A stretch of 64,000 bases of DNA from Myxococcota bacterium (lineage in GTDB: Bacteria > Myxococcota_A > SURF-8 > G963663525): NCBI GenBank assembly GCA_963676915.2, contig CAXXVK010000062.1, forward strand, positions 32,001 to 96,000, given 5' to 3'. The position numbers were made by a program, and so were the translations under genes. This document shows positions 18,401-27,693 of this stretch, one piece after another. The stretch's first letter is position 1. The number at the start of each line of letters is the position of its first letter. The notes below the pieces were generated by a model, which had not been told where the DNA came from, did no database searches, and saw nothing but the letters and a program-made list of their open reading frames with translations.

Positions 18401-18721
18401 CTTGCGGACCTTGAAAAGCTCTCGGCACAGATCGCCAGAAAACAAAGCATTCAAATCGACGAACTTTCCGAAGAGGTGGAAAAACTTCGGAAGCAGCGTG
18501 ACAAACGCCAGCCGGCGACGTCGTCCTCTTCAGCGATGCGAGCCTTTGATGACGATACGGACCTGTCCTCTGCCATCTACGAAGTGGATTTGAAAACGAA
18601 GATGTATCATTCCCTGCATCGCGAACATTTGACGCTGAAAACGAAGTTCTTGCGCTACGAGAAAAAAATCAACGCTCTGTTGGAATTGCTCGATCGCCAT
18701 GGTATTCGATACGACAATTGA
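12410..18721 (+). CDS. FrzS/AglZ-like protein: N-terminal atypical (pseudo) receiver domain plus about 1900-aa coiled coil with tandem repeats
   Basis: KILLIDPD...KPDVLLICVEL..NGF (Cys at the phospho-Asp position)...FKEHEKLPRHADMYATKPID; Pro/Ala linker; E/Q/K/L-rich heptads to the end. ATG 12410 preferred. Confidence 0.8.
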   Translation: MSKRKILLIDPDESFAKQLGGHLKSLPVEFEQVAAGDKGISRYQQWKPDVLLICVELTDTNGFNLFEMINSLQASGQCFIVMIGGINHAASFKEHEKLPRHADMYATKPIDLNQFQNRLASRLKWIPMIAAPVNEVSKATPATKEPASDASEPPTEQKASESKPKPQTKTSSKKKSQALQQLRKELAESYIEKSSLEMQLQEVEEKKESLQSELDETKFELQKANFKIETLGHDVERLRKSLTTRGEESPQRLEKLQELHDKVESIRSSREEDAQRLEILLKEKEEELGILRQNATEMLEETQEEKNLLKEQLQKTQQKSKEQLLKLQKELEDRSREFEKSQEEIQIGLVSKLEENKEKLGKKELELASLKEEYESKLEDLELLLLSSREDLEQVKEDAMMLRQTLTERDSEFEAYKEQSEKDRAESSVRAQELEETLMEYRLESAILLEESNEQSRKLKLENAELQEKLLKEKLFSEQESNRLSKELEQVQKQLENEQQALRDVQEVHEKERQSLEENLQHLQKEKDSSSETAKKQTERLEELEQKLAESQEAFEQQKRELEDSQKTLEAHQSEFESLQTQFKEQTESLQQRDTELESSKTEMEEIRTRLLEKTSALDEKTKEIEALQETLQQRDASLETSQSEVEDVQAQLSEQASALDEKTREIEALQETLQQRDTALETSQSEVEEVQAQLSEQASTLNEKTKEIEALQETLQQRDASLETSQSEVEDVQAQLSEQASALDEKTKEIEALQETLQQRDTALETSQSEVEEVQAQLSELASALNEKTKEIEALQETLQQRDTALETSQSEVEDVQAQLSEQASTLDEKTKEIDSLQETLQQRDAALETSQSKVEDVRAQLSEQASALDEKTREIEALQETLQQRDTALETKHQEAEELQVQLAEQLSVFEVKSYEFAGREAVWQEDLQLARSEAEQLQTQLAERTASLEEIHSENARFKQELADSLKELEEVRREREDFQALLNEREEALEEAQQSIVDEKEQYRQLQESSQSEQNEAREQLEVLERRKVELETEVQEKTESFEMSRRDWEAQNDQQRKMIDELSQKLAKRSDELAQLRKSQQKERQEFELQQEQREKELESLREKQEQLASEFASQKEDFEQQLAERREALDSAQASLSEKEQEIENLRASSGEEVSSLRNELSEKEQAKTELETALEEARSEFASEKEDFERQLAERREALESAQASLSEKEQEIESLRASSGEEVSNLRDKLSEKEQAKADLETTLEEARTEFASQKDDFERQLTERREALETAQASLSEKEQEIESLRASSGEEVSNLRDKLSEKEQAKADLETTLEEARTEFASQKDDFERQLTERREALDSAQASLTDKEQEIETLRASSGEEVSSLRNELSEKEQAKADLETALEEARSEFASEKEDFERQLAERREALETAQASLTEKEQEIERLQASSGEEVSRLRDELSEKEQAKAELETALEEARSEFVSQKNDFERQLAERREALETAQASLSEKEQEIQSLRASSGEEVSSLRNELSEKEQAKADLETALEEARSEFASEKEDFERQLAERREALETAQASLTDKEQEIETLRSSSGEEVSSLRDELSEKEQAKADLETALEEARTEFASQKEDFERQLTERREALETAQASLSEKEQEIETLRSSSGEEVSSLRNELSEKEQAKADLETALEEARTKFASEKDDLNRQLAERREALETAQASLVEKEQEIERLQASSGKELSSLRNELVQWETRLDEANQALEDQTLQHAQKLEEHKRQLEANEERYRADGQRLQGRIDELNQTIIDLNQRLQEDETKMQDVLEKSSKDVKALRQQLKAKEEELEPLRKDQAERIRLQSELESRDDLVAKLEKDLAELHDFINEHKKSAEIHQKHYDALEKELRELEKQQVQSEKVQQQAQELKDQIERKEGDILALHTDIADERQRREGLEKSYADLQKRLEQATHEASEAHPKDNGLSKKLRQVLEENSQYQELLQTKNDESEKYRQRLADLEKLSAQIARKQSIQIDELSEEVEKLRKQRDKRQPATSSSSAMRAFDDDTDLSSAIYEVDLKTKMYHSLHREHLTLKTKFLRYEKKINALLELLDRHGIRYDN
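14258..15090 (+). repeat. Coding tandem repeat, 126-bp (42-aa) unit, about 6.6 copies
   Basis: Unit starts spaced 126 bp from 14258 to 15014 (ALDEKTKEIEALQETLQQRD...); very high nucleotide identity. Confidence 0.95.
15755..17615 (+). repeat. Coding tandem repeat, 213-bp (71-aa) unit, about 8.7 copies
   Basis: Unit starts at 15755, 15968, 16181, 16394 ... 17459 (EFASQKEDFERQLAERREAL...). Confidence 0.95.
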
Positions 18722-18777
18722 ATATCCTCTGGTGATCCGTGAATCTATTTCCAAATCCATAAGGTCAATCAAACGCC

Positions 18778-19269
18778 GTGTCGATTCTTTCCCTACTTTT
18801 TGTTTATATTCTTTGTTCTTCGCCGTCGCCACTGGACGGATTTCGGATCGAGTTGCCCGAATTCATTCAGGGTGGAGCGAAAGTGGAAATCGAAAGCGAA
18901 GAGGTTGTCTGGCAAGCCAAAGACGGCGGGGTGCTTTTTAAAGGGAATGTTCGCCTCAAACAAGGCGACTTTTTGTTGACGTGTACCCAATTGACGGTTG
19001 TTTCCGGTCCCCAAGGAGGGATTTCCCGCGTGGAAGCCTCGGGAGAGGTCGAATTGAAACGGGAAACCTGGCGAGCCAAAGCCCAACGGGCGGTGTTCGA
19101 GATCGAGCGGTCCAACTTGACATTGACGGGTCAGCCCGAAATGCTTCGGGAAGGTCAGGTGTTGCGTGGGCGAGAAATCGTCATCGACATGAAAAACGAT
19201 ACCGTACGCGCTGTGGGTGCCAAGGCCGTGTTTCACCTCGAAGATCTTAAGAAAACTTCGAAAAAGTAA
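18778..19269 (+). CDS. LptA/OstA-family periplasmic beta-jellyroll protein
   Basis: VEIESEE, FKGNVRLKQGDFLLTC..L.V, VEASGEV, AKAQRAVF, LTLTGQP, LRGREIVIDM; start uncertain. Confidence 0.8.
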   Translation: MSILSLLFVYILCSSPSPLDGFRIELPEFIQGGAKVEIESEEVVWQAKDGGVLFKGNVRLKQGDFLLTCTQLTVVSGPQGGISRVEASGEVELKRETWRAKAQRAVFEIERSNLTLTGQPEMLREGQVLRGREIVIDMKNDTVRAVGAKAVFHLEDLKKTSKK

Positions 19270-19292
19270 GAAAATTCTGAGGCTTGGGGATT

Positions 19293-20174
19293 TTATTTCT
19301 TCCATCGTGCGTGGAACCACACCCATTGTTCGGGACGTTTTCGGATGGCTAGCTCCAGCGTTTGGGTGGCTTTGCAGGTCAGGCGGCGATATTCTTCTTT
19401 TGTAACGGCGCGTGCTTCCAATGCTGGCGAGGCATGAACGAGATGCCCGCGCTCGGTACGCTCGATCCAGCAAACCACCATTGGAGACTTGTAACGCGCT
19501 GCCAGCACCGCCGCACCTATTGGAGTGAAGGCAGGAGCGGAGAAAAAAGGAACCGCTACACTGGAAACACGGGTGCTTTGGTCAATCAACACAGCGACGA
19601 TCCCGTTTTGGTCGAGAATTTCCTGCGTTTTTTCATCCCGGAGTTCGTCATCGCGGGCGATGCAACGCATTCCATGAATTTCGCGAGAAGAGACGATCAG
19701 TCGATCAATTCCAGGGTCGTAGCTGGCTTTGTAAAAAGTGGCCGTTGGCGAAAAGGTTCGAGCTATCACAGCGGAAAGCAGTTCCCAATTGCCGATATGA
19801 CCCGATGCCAGTACGATACCGCGTCGCCTTTTCAATGCTTCCGAAAACGCTTCTCGGGAACCTTCAGACCATTGCACGGTACGAAGGACTTCGTCCGGTC
19901 GGAACGTCAGATCGAGGGTTTCGACCAGTGAACGAGCCAGATGGCGGCACAGGTTGCGTACGATGTCCGTTGCCTGAGAGGGCGTGGTTCCCAAAAAGGT
20001 TCGGAGTTGTTTTCGGGCCAGCCTTTTTTCTTTCCATGCGAACCAAAACGCAAGAGACGCCAGTACCGAAATCAATGGCTCTCGCCAACGGTACAGAACG
20101 TTTTGATAGAATTCGATTCCTTTGCCGAACATCCAGGCCAGCACACGGTTTTTCCATTTTCGACGTGGAGGCAA
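19293..20174 (-). CDS. Lipid A late acyltransferase family (LpxL/HtrB-like)
   Basis: GHIGNWE, LIDQ, VPFF...AFTPIG, LELAIRKRPEQWVWFHARWK. Confidence 0.85.
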   Translation of the reverse strand: MPPRRKWKNRVLAWMFGKGIEFYQNVLYRWREPLISVLASLAFWFAWKEKRLARKQLRTFLGTTPSQATDIVRNLCRHLARSLVETLDLTFRPDEVLRTVQWSEGSREAFSEALKRRRGIVLASGHIGNWELLSAVIARTFSPTATFYKASYDPGIDRLIVSSREIHGMRCIARDDELRDEKTQEILDQNGIVAVLIDQSTRVSSVAVPFFSAPAFTPIGAAVLAARYKSPMVVCWIERTERGHLVHASPALEARAVTKEEYRRLTCKATQTLELAIRKRPEQWVWFHARWKK

Positions 20175-20223
20175 GAGTCCAACCCTTCAGATAAAAAAGC
20201 AATGGAACCAATAGCAAAACACG

Positions 20224-21283
20224 TTAGGGTTTCTGCTTTTTCCTGAATTCGGCCACCATGTCAAGAACGCGATCCAGCAGGGCACGGTCGTAAAAGCGGC
20301 CTGTTTTCGCAAGGTTGATACGCATGGCTTTGATTGCTTCGACCACTGGTGCCAACTCGGAATCCGAAGGGGGACGGGTAAGGGCGATCCCCATTTTTTT
20401 CATCTGCTTGAGTGCTGCAAGGTTCTCGTTGCGCATTTTTTCTCCCAATTCACGCAACTTGGAACGTACAACCTGCTTCAATACCTTCTGGTCGGCGGGG
20501 AGCAAGCTGTCGAAAACCCTCTTTTCGAAGAATCAATGCTCCGGTGGGATTGACGATCTTCAGCCCCGAGATTGCTTTGAGGTATTCGTGCCATTGCATG
20601 GCAACGGCCCCATACGGATTGGAATAAATCGAGTCTATCAGCCCCGTGCGCAGACCGTTAAGCACGTCGGGGACGGCAATGGAACGTGGTGAAATTCCAA
20701 AGGCTTTTACAGTTTCGGCGGCCAGTTCATCGCCTTCCCACACCGCGAGTTTAAGATTCTTGAAATCTTCTACCGTTCGAAGGGGTTGTTGAGAGAAAAA
20801 GTAAACGAAACCAAGTTGCACGAGCGATAGCAGAACGAACCCTTTTTTCTCGTATTCGGCGGCAAAATAGTCGAAAAGTCCATCCTGCACGGCGATAACC
20901 TCTTCGGCGGTTTCGAATACCATCGGCAGGTCGAGCACTCGGTGGGAAGGAACGATCCGTGCTAATCCGTTTCCGCTGAATGCTCCGGCGTGAAGCTGTT
21001 TTTGTTCGATTTTGGCCAGCATTTCCTTTTCGTCGCCTTGCTGACCGCCAGGGTAGAAACGAAAGCCTACTCGACCTTGTGTTTGCTTGCGAACCTCACG
21101 GTCCACATCGTGCATGGTACCCATCCAACTGGTGCCCTCTGGGGCGAGCGTCGCGAAGCGCAAAGTCACTTCGTCGGCAGCATTCGCCGTAGCGGCATAT
21201 GCCAGCCAAACGAGACATAGCATGCAGACACAGAACGTACTTTTCACGAAAACCTGCTTCATTCCAACCATCCGATCCATCAA
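20224..21283 (-). CDS. TRAP substrate-binding protein DctP/TatP (one apparent frameshift near 20517)
   Basis: LRFATLAPEGTSW, FYPGGQQGDEKEM, PDVLNGLRTGLID. Removing one base near 20517 joins ORF 20450-21283 to ORF 20224-20505 (EVFDSLLPADQK). Confidence 0.85.
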
Positions 21284-21287
21284 TCAC

Positions 21288-22250
21288 TCAATCCACAAAC
21301 AATTCTTCCGTTTCGGGTGGAGGCGCTGGCGAAAACGAATTCGCCGGATCTTCTCCGAGTTTTATCAATAAGTTACGAGCTTTTTCCTTGGCGACGGCAT
21401 TGACCAATGCCGCATCGGGAATCGCTTGCGGGTCCGCCAGCATTATTTCCCGCAGCAAGGATTTGGCCAGATCCGTTTTCATATTTCCCAAGGCATAGTG
21501 TTGGGCATAGTAAAACAACGTGAGCAAAAACATGCGCTCGTTGAGTTCCAACGCCCGCTCGAAATGTTCCCGAGCCTTTTCGGGATTTCCTCCCAATGCT
21601 TTGGGAACCGCTGCCTCCATGGCTCCGAGAAAGCTGTCCGCTCCTGCATAATAATAGGTAGGAGAAAAATCCGCTACCCGCTGCATCATCGCTTTGATTC
21701 GACCAAGATACGCCACCTCGGCGGGATCGTCGGTCTTGATCTGGATCAGCAATCCCCAACTTGCTGCCGTCCAGTATAAATACTCGATGTGGCGTTCCGA
21801 TTTCCAACGCTGGAGTCTAAGAGCCAACGCTTCGGCTCCTTCGTCGAAAGCTTTTGAAAATCCCGGATCTTGTCGAAGCCATTCCATGCCCAAATCACGT
21901 GCTCGACGATAGAAATTCGCCGCACGTTCGGGGTTTTCTTCTTCGACAAATGCCATGGCGTATCCCGACCACCCCCGCATCAACAGCAGCCGGATGTCAT
22001 CCTGTCCGGGATCGGAACGATAGACGCCTTCGAGCAGTTTCAAGTTTCCGGCCATGGCTTCGTGTGCGAAAGGAAGGTCCGTTTCGCTTTCGATAGCCAT
22101 TGCTCCTTCTGCAAGAAACGGCTCCATGGTTCGCACGACCACTTTGGTACACGAAGTGGCGAACAAACACAGAAACACAACGAATAACAGCCGCTTACAG
22201 CAACCGTTGACAACAAAACGAAACAATGGATGCGATGGCAAAACGTTCAT
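21288..22250 (-). CDS. TRAP-associated TatT component (TPR-like lipoprotein of TPAT systems)
   Basis: Lipobox ATS|C; ETDLPFAHEAMAGNLKLLEG, YAMAFVE, LYWTAASWG, PKALGGNPEKAREHFERALEL, NAVAKEKA; directly upstream of the DctP gene. Confidence 0.8.
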   Translation of the reverse strand: MNVLPSHPLFRFVVNGCCKRLLFVVFLCLFATSCTKVVVRTMEPFLAEGAMAIESETDLPFAHEAMAGNLKLLEGVYRSDPGQDDIRLLLMRGWSGYAMAFVEEENPERAANFYRRARDLGMEWLRQDPGFSKAFDEGAEALALRLQRWKSERHIEYLYWTAASWGLLIQIKTDDPAEVAYLGRIKAMMQRVADFSPTYYYAGADSFLGAMEAAVPKALGGNPEKAREHFERALELNERMFLLTLFYYAQHYALGNMKTDLAKSLLREIMLADPQAIPDAALVNAVAKEKARNLLIKLGEDPANSFSPAPPPETEELFVD

Positions 22251-22358
22251 CGGCCAACCTTGAAAACGGATCGGGTTGCGAGATCGTAAAGGATTCGAGT
22301 ACAGTCTAGCGAATTTCGGGCAAATGTGAAGGGAAAAGCCCAGCAAACAATAGGACGC

Positions 22359-23558
22359 ATGATGAATGCACAATGGCTCATCCGGTGGATCATCCGGCTG
22401 TGGGGAAGAAAACGCGACGGAAACAGCGCTCCTTTGAACAATGAACAACGGGCCGGTATTCGTTTCATCCTGCTGATTCGTGTGGATGAGCGCATGGGCA
22501 ACGTGCTGCTGACCACTCCGTTAGCCCAGGCTTTGTGCGAACAATTCCCGAATGCTCGGATCGAATGGCTGGTCTGTCGCCGCTATCGATGGTTGGTGGA
22601 TGATTCCGCGCCACCGGCAAACCGAGCCAACCTGCGAATTCTGCCTTTCGAAAAACGAGCCTTGTGGACGGCTCCATGGTACTATTTCACGTTGATTTTT
22701 CACCTGTTACAAACGCGTTACGATCTTGTTATCGACGCTGCACACGAACATCGGGCCTCGTTTACCTCGCTGATTCTAGCTCTTTTGGCCGGAGGGCGTT
22801 GGCTCGTCGGACATCGACGCGGCATGGAAGCCGACAACATCTATACCCACGCGGTGGCAACGAACGCACCCGACGACATCCACCCCGGAGAAGAAGCTCA
22901 CGACGCCTTACGAAAGCTGCGTTTGCTAGCACCGATAACGAATCACGTACCCGATGTCTCCCCTTGGATGTCCACATTGCCGGAAAACGTGGAGGATGAT
23001 GTACGGGAATGGCTACAGGCCCGGCGTATAGAAAACACTCGACTGCTTGGCGTGTATGTGGGAGGTCGCAAACCGGACCATCGCTGGCCGGTGGAACGTT
23101 TTGGCAAATTTCTTGAATCGTTCGGTCCTCCGGCGGGATGGAGAGTCGTGATTCTCTGGGGACCGGGAGAAGAAGAACTGGCGGTTGAGCTCGAAAAGAA
23201 AAGCGAGGGAAGGGCGTTGAGGATTCCGGCCTGTGATATTAGCTATTTACAAGCGTTTTTACGAGCCTGCGATATGGTAGTTGTCGGCAATACCGGTCCG
23301 TTGCACATGAGTTGGGCGCTTGGTGTACCGACCATTGCGGTGTTTCGTTCGTCCGATGCGCTACGTTGGCTTCCTCGCTCACCCAACACTGTTGGAGTTC
23401 TGCCGGATGACGAATCAGGCCCATTGCCTGAAAACGTCGAAAGCGCCGCACGCTATGTGGCGAGTCAAATCGAGGACGGCGTGTTTGTTCCTCCCAAGTA
23501 TGACTTCGAAAAAGAGCATGCTTCCACCGATCGTAATTCGGAGGAAATATTGCCATGA
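22359..23558 (+). CDS. Glycosyltransferase family 9 (LPS heptosyltransferase-like)
   Basis: LLIRVDERMGNVLLTTPL, RWPVERF, VGNTGPLHMSWALGVPTIAVF. Confidence 0.85.
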   Translation: MMNAQWLIRWIIRLWGRKRDGNSAPLNNEQRAGIRFILLIRVDERMGNVLLTTPLAQALCEQFPNARIEWLVCRRYRWLVDDSAPPANRANLRILPFEKRALWTAPWYYFTLIFHLLQTRYDLVIDAAHEHRASFTSLILALLAGGRWLVGHRRGMEADNIYTHAVATNAPDDIHPGEEAHDALRKLRLLAPITNHVPDVSPWMSTLPENVEDDVREWLQARRIENTRLLGVYVGGRKPDHRWPVERFGKFLESFGPPAGWRVVILWGPGEEELAVELEKKSEGRALRIPACDISYLQAFLRACDMVVVGNTGPLHMSWALGVPTIAVFRSSDALRWLPRSPNTVGVLPDDESGPLPENVESAARYVASQIEDGVFVPPKYDFEKEHASTDRNSEEILP

Positions 23559-24702
23559 CGGCGCTTCGGGTCGTGCATTTGCTGGCTTGTCCTACGCTTA
23601 CCGGTCCGGGCGCCGCCGCAGTGCCGATGATTCTTGCCACCCGAAGCGCCGGAGCGGAAATCAACGTCTTTCTCGATGGTTTCCGCCCCGACAACCTTGC
23701 ACGTCTGCTGAAAAATCATGGTGTGTATACTGATGAAAGTTTGTCATTATCCACGATTGCTCCGGCATGGAAGACCCTTCGTGATGTTCAACAGTTACGA
23801 AGGATTTTCAAGAAAAATCCGCCGGATGCTTTGGTTACGCACACCAGTCACGATCACATCATCGGATGGTTGAGCACACGTGGCTTACCAAAACATGTGC
23901 CATTGATTCGCACGCTGCACTCGAAGCGATCATTGCAACCGAGACTGGGACAACGTTGGCTGTGGAGTCAAACGGACGCCGTAGTGTGTCACGTACGACA
24001 GTGGAAGATGTTTTGCACGAAACCTTTGGTTTTCCCCTGAAGAAAGTACATTTCACTCCGCTACCGATGGAAAACACAAGCTTTTCCCCAGTAGGAAACG
24101 ACTTGCGGTCGCAGTTTGGAATTCCTACGAAAGCACCGGTACTTGGAGTGGTGGCAAGGATCAAGCCGGGGCGACGCTTGTTTACACTGCTGGCTGCCAT
24201 GCATTCGGTGGGGCGTTCTCTGGGATTGCATCTTATGGTTGTCGGTACGGGAGAATCCGCCGAGACACTGAAGACTCTTTGTCGCCATTGGCGACTGGAA
24301 GAAAATGTCCATTTTACCGGCTATCTTCACGGCAATCTGCTTCCCAGTGCCTACCGAACGATGGATGCTCTGTTGCTTGCAGCCGAAGGGAACGACGGTT
24401 CCTGCCGGATGATCTCGGAGGCGGCTCTTTCGGGCGTTCCCGTGATCGGTTTTTCGGGAATCGAAGCCGTACGAGAGCAAGTGGTTCCCGATCGTACCGA
24501 CAAATGGTTCGATGTGGCGGGAAACTCGGCCTATGCCTGGCGTTCGGCCTTCGAAAACGTTTTCAGAATGTTCGTGCAAGAAAACGACTGGCACGAATAC
24601 GGAGAACAGGCGAGAATAAAGTGCCTCGAATCACCGACGGCAAAGACAATTGGGGTAAGTGGCTGGAATTCCTCGAAACTCTGTAAAACAGTTAGCTTGT
24701 GA
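23555..24702 (+). CDS. Glycosyltransferase family 4 (frameshifted near 24010 and probably near the 3' end)
   Basis: GT4 N-domain (PDALVTHTSHDH, IRTLH) in ORF 23555-24040; C-domain (GVVARIKPG, VHFTGY, EGNDGSCRMISEAALSGVPVI) in ORF 23866-24702. Confidence 0.75.
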
Positions 24703-24751
24703 ATGATCAAACATATGATTGGAAAGTGTATGAGTTTTTGCAGAAAAAATC

Positions 24752-24816
24752 GTAGGTCGGGCTAATTTTTAGCCCGACACCTTGGCCTTGTCGGGCAAGA
24801 AATTTGCCCGACCTAC
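24752..24816. repeat. GTAG-type REP doublet (REPIN-like)
   Basis: GTAG-GTCGGGC-TAATTTTTA-GCCCGAC, 11-nt spacer, GTCGGGC-AAGAAATTT-GCCCGAC-CTAC: two inverted palindromic units, each starting with GTAG. Confidence 0.75.
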
Positions 24817-24975
24817 TGGACGCACGCGCCGATATCTTTTACAGTTCGGGGAGTCGGAATATCCGATCGTATGGACGTACTTGCAAAATTTCATCATGAA
24901 ACAGATACTTTCGAGCAAAAACGTACGAGACCGTTTTCAAAGGTTTGTAGCATCTAACAGGCAAGGTTCGAGAGC

Positions 24976-25580
24976 ATGAAGGCTCAGCGACAGGACAACG
25001 ACGTTCGCGATTTGGTAATCGCGGCTAGAGACGGCGACCGAGACGCTCTCGAACGGCTGTTGGTTGCACATCTACCGTATCTCAGACGTTTGTGTCTGAG
25101 AATTTCGGGAGGTGACGAGCAGGTTACGGCGGATGGCGTTGCAGGAAGTGGCGCTGGCATTGCTCGACCGATTCGAGTCTCTTAAAGATGCCGGGCATTT
25201 CGCTCCTGGGTTTCGACAATCGCCGTCAACGCCTGCCGGATGGAAATGCGGCGTCGGAATCGATGGTGGAAACGGTTTACGAGTTACGATGTCCAGCCAC
25301 GGATTTTCGAGGATAAAGTGCAGGACATCCGCGACAACGCCGAAGTCAGACGATCAAAGAGGAGGCTGGTCAGCACGTATGGAAATTGTTGAAAAAACTT
25401 CCAGACGACCAGCGCGTGGTGTTTGTGCTTTGCGATATCGAAAAGTTCGCTTATGCGGAAGTTGCCGAAATTCTTGGAGGAAACGCGGAAAGCATCCGAT
25501 CCCGCGTTCGTCGGGCACGTGGGGCGGTTGGTCGTCTCGTTGCCAAAGACGAGGTGATGAGGGAGATGCTCGATGAGTAA
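24976..25580 (+). CDS. ECF RNA polymerase sigma factor (several apparent frameshifts)
   Basis: Region 2 (ARDGDRDALERL, QEV; RSWVSTIAVNACR in another frame) and region 4 (LPDDQRVVFVLCDIEKFAYAEVAEILG..ESIRSRVRRAR) are spread over different frames. Confidence 0.8.
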
Positions 25581-26390
25581 CCGGGACTACGAAGACCTGG
25601 GAAAACGCCTGGAGATTGGATTCTCGCTCGCAGAAAAGCGACGGCGATGAAGTTTCCCATTTCGAAGCTTCGCGCATTCTCGCAGCGGCGAGAAAACGTC
25701 GAATGAAGCGCGCTCGTACCGTTGCCTCTCAGGGTTTCGGGTGGACGCCCATTGTCGCTACAGGTGTGGCGGTCGGGTTTGCCATGCTGGTGGTTTTTCT
25801 TTTCCCGATGTTCGCACCGCCGAAGATTCCGAGATCGTGCAAAATTCCCGAAAACTAGGGTTGATTCTCCCGTTGCCCACAAAAAGGAAACAGCCAAGCG
25901 TGTACTCGTGGCTCAAATGATGCCGCGACAACTCCACCACAACAACAAGGTACGGCTCCCGCACAAAAGATCGAAAGAAAACAACGGGTTAGCGTTCCCA
26001 AAACGTTGCAGAAAAAGGGCAGACAGCCGAAACCGGTTCGAGCTATTGTAGAAACGAACCTTGTCGAACGGATTGCAAAGCTGGAAGACAAAAAGGCGGC
26101 AGCCGCTCCGAAAATCGCAAAGTGCCAAAAAACAAGCGCCAGAGAAAAACGAACAAGAAAGTTCTGCAACGAACGAACAATGGGAAGACAACCTGACCGT
26201 AAAAGTCAAACGAAACGGGTGTTCCCAAGAAATGTGTGAAGAATTGAGGGAGAACTTTACCCCCAAACCGTCGGCCAAAGATCGACGCGCCAGAGAATTG
26301 CTGTTGGAATGCCTGATCGAGATGGACCGCAAAGACGAATATGGTATGGAAAAAGATCGGTTCGTGCGAAAATACGAAGAGAACATGTAG
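25573..26390 (+). CDS. Probable membrane anti-sigma factor-like protein (frameshifted)
   Basis: ATG overlaps the end of the sigma gene; a single TM segment (VATGVAVGFAMLVVFLF) is followed by a charged region; pieces lie in several frames. Confidence 0.45.
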
Positions 26391-26426
26391 TCTCTCGCTG
26401 TTTTATTCCTAACAATTGAATTTTCT

Positions 26427-27693
26427 ATGTTTTCCTTTATTCATTGTGCCGACATCCATTTGGATAGTCCTCTGCGTGGCCTGGAGAAATACGAAGGTGC
26501 GCCGGTTCGAACGATTGCGTGACGCCAGCCGTCGGGCGTTCGAAAATCTCGTGGATTTCGCGCTGGAACGAGGCGTGGCGTTCATGCTGATCGCCGGGGA
26601 TCTTTTCGACGGCGATTGGGAGGATTTCGGTACGGGACTGTACTTCAATTCTCAGATTGCAAGGTTGCGTCAGGTTGGAATTCGGGTATTCGTCGTTCAC
26701 GGCAATCATGACGCCATGACGAGCATTTCACGGCACTTGATCTGGCCGGAAAACGTCCACGTTTTTCCCTGCGGCAACGCCGAAACCATCCACTTGGACG
26801 AATGGAAAACCGCCGTCCACGGTATCAGTTACGAACATCGTGCCGAATCGCGCAATCTCGCTTCGATGTTTCCAGAACGAGTGGTCGGAGCATTCAATAT
26901 CGGTCTGCTGCATACCAGTCTGGATGGTCGCGCCGGACATGAACCGTATGCACCATGCACCATCGACGATCTGACCTCCAAAGGATACGATTACTGGGCT
27001 TTGGGACACGTCCATCGGCGTGAAGAAGTCCGAACGGGAGAACCATGGGTCGTTTTCCCGGTAATCTTCAAGGACGACACGTTCACGAACAAGGCAAAAA
27101 AGGTTGCACGCTGGTTCGTGTCGAAGAGGACGGTTCGGCTACCCGTCGAAGCCATCCAACTGGATGTCGTCCGTTGGAAAAGTCTGGAAATTCCATGGGA
27201 AACCGATAATCAAGACGACCTTCTCGAACGTGTTGGACATCGGATTGAGGGAGAAATATCCCACATTTCCGACCGATTGCTTGCTTTGCGACTGATTTTT
27301 ACCGGCTCGGATCTCTCGCTTTTGGACCAACATGTTCGGTCGTCGCAGTTGCTCCAACAATTGCGCGCCGTAGCTGCGGATCGCGGTGGCGGACAAGTGT
27401 GGTTGAAAGACCTGCGCTTCGTATCAAGCGATTCGGAAAAGATGCCTCGTTGGCGTCTCGAAAAAGAAAACGGATCTGGATCTTTTGCAAGCGCTAATCC
27501 AGTATTCTCCTGAAGAATCGGAAAAGCGGAACTACTGGGAATTATAGAGGAATTAACGAAAAAACTACCAATTGAAGCTTTTGCGGACGAGGAGTTTCAA
27601 AGGAAGATCGATCCGGAAAGATTCGACGAGTTTTTGGATGATACGCGGCGCTGGTTGCTCTCCCGCTTTCTTGTTACGGACAATGAACGATGA
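26427..27693 (+). CDS. YhaO/SbcD (Mre11-like) metallophosphoesterase DNA-repair nuclease (frameshifted)
   Basis: From ATG 26427: FIHCADIHLDSPLRGL; then AGDLFD, GNHD, IGLLHTSL, YDYWALGHVH; PGNLQGRH in a shifted frame near 27060. The probable stop overlaps the next ATG. Confidence 0.85.

Noticed and set aside
20450-20530. Programmed frameshift or pseudogene in tatP (likewise the aminotransferase at ~47830)
   Set aside because: These are single-base indels beside short homopolymers in otherwise intact genes; sequencing error is more parsimonious.
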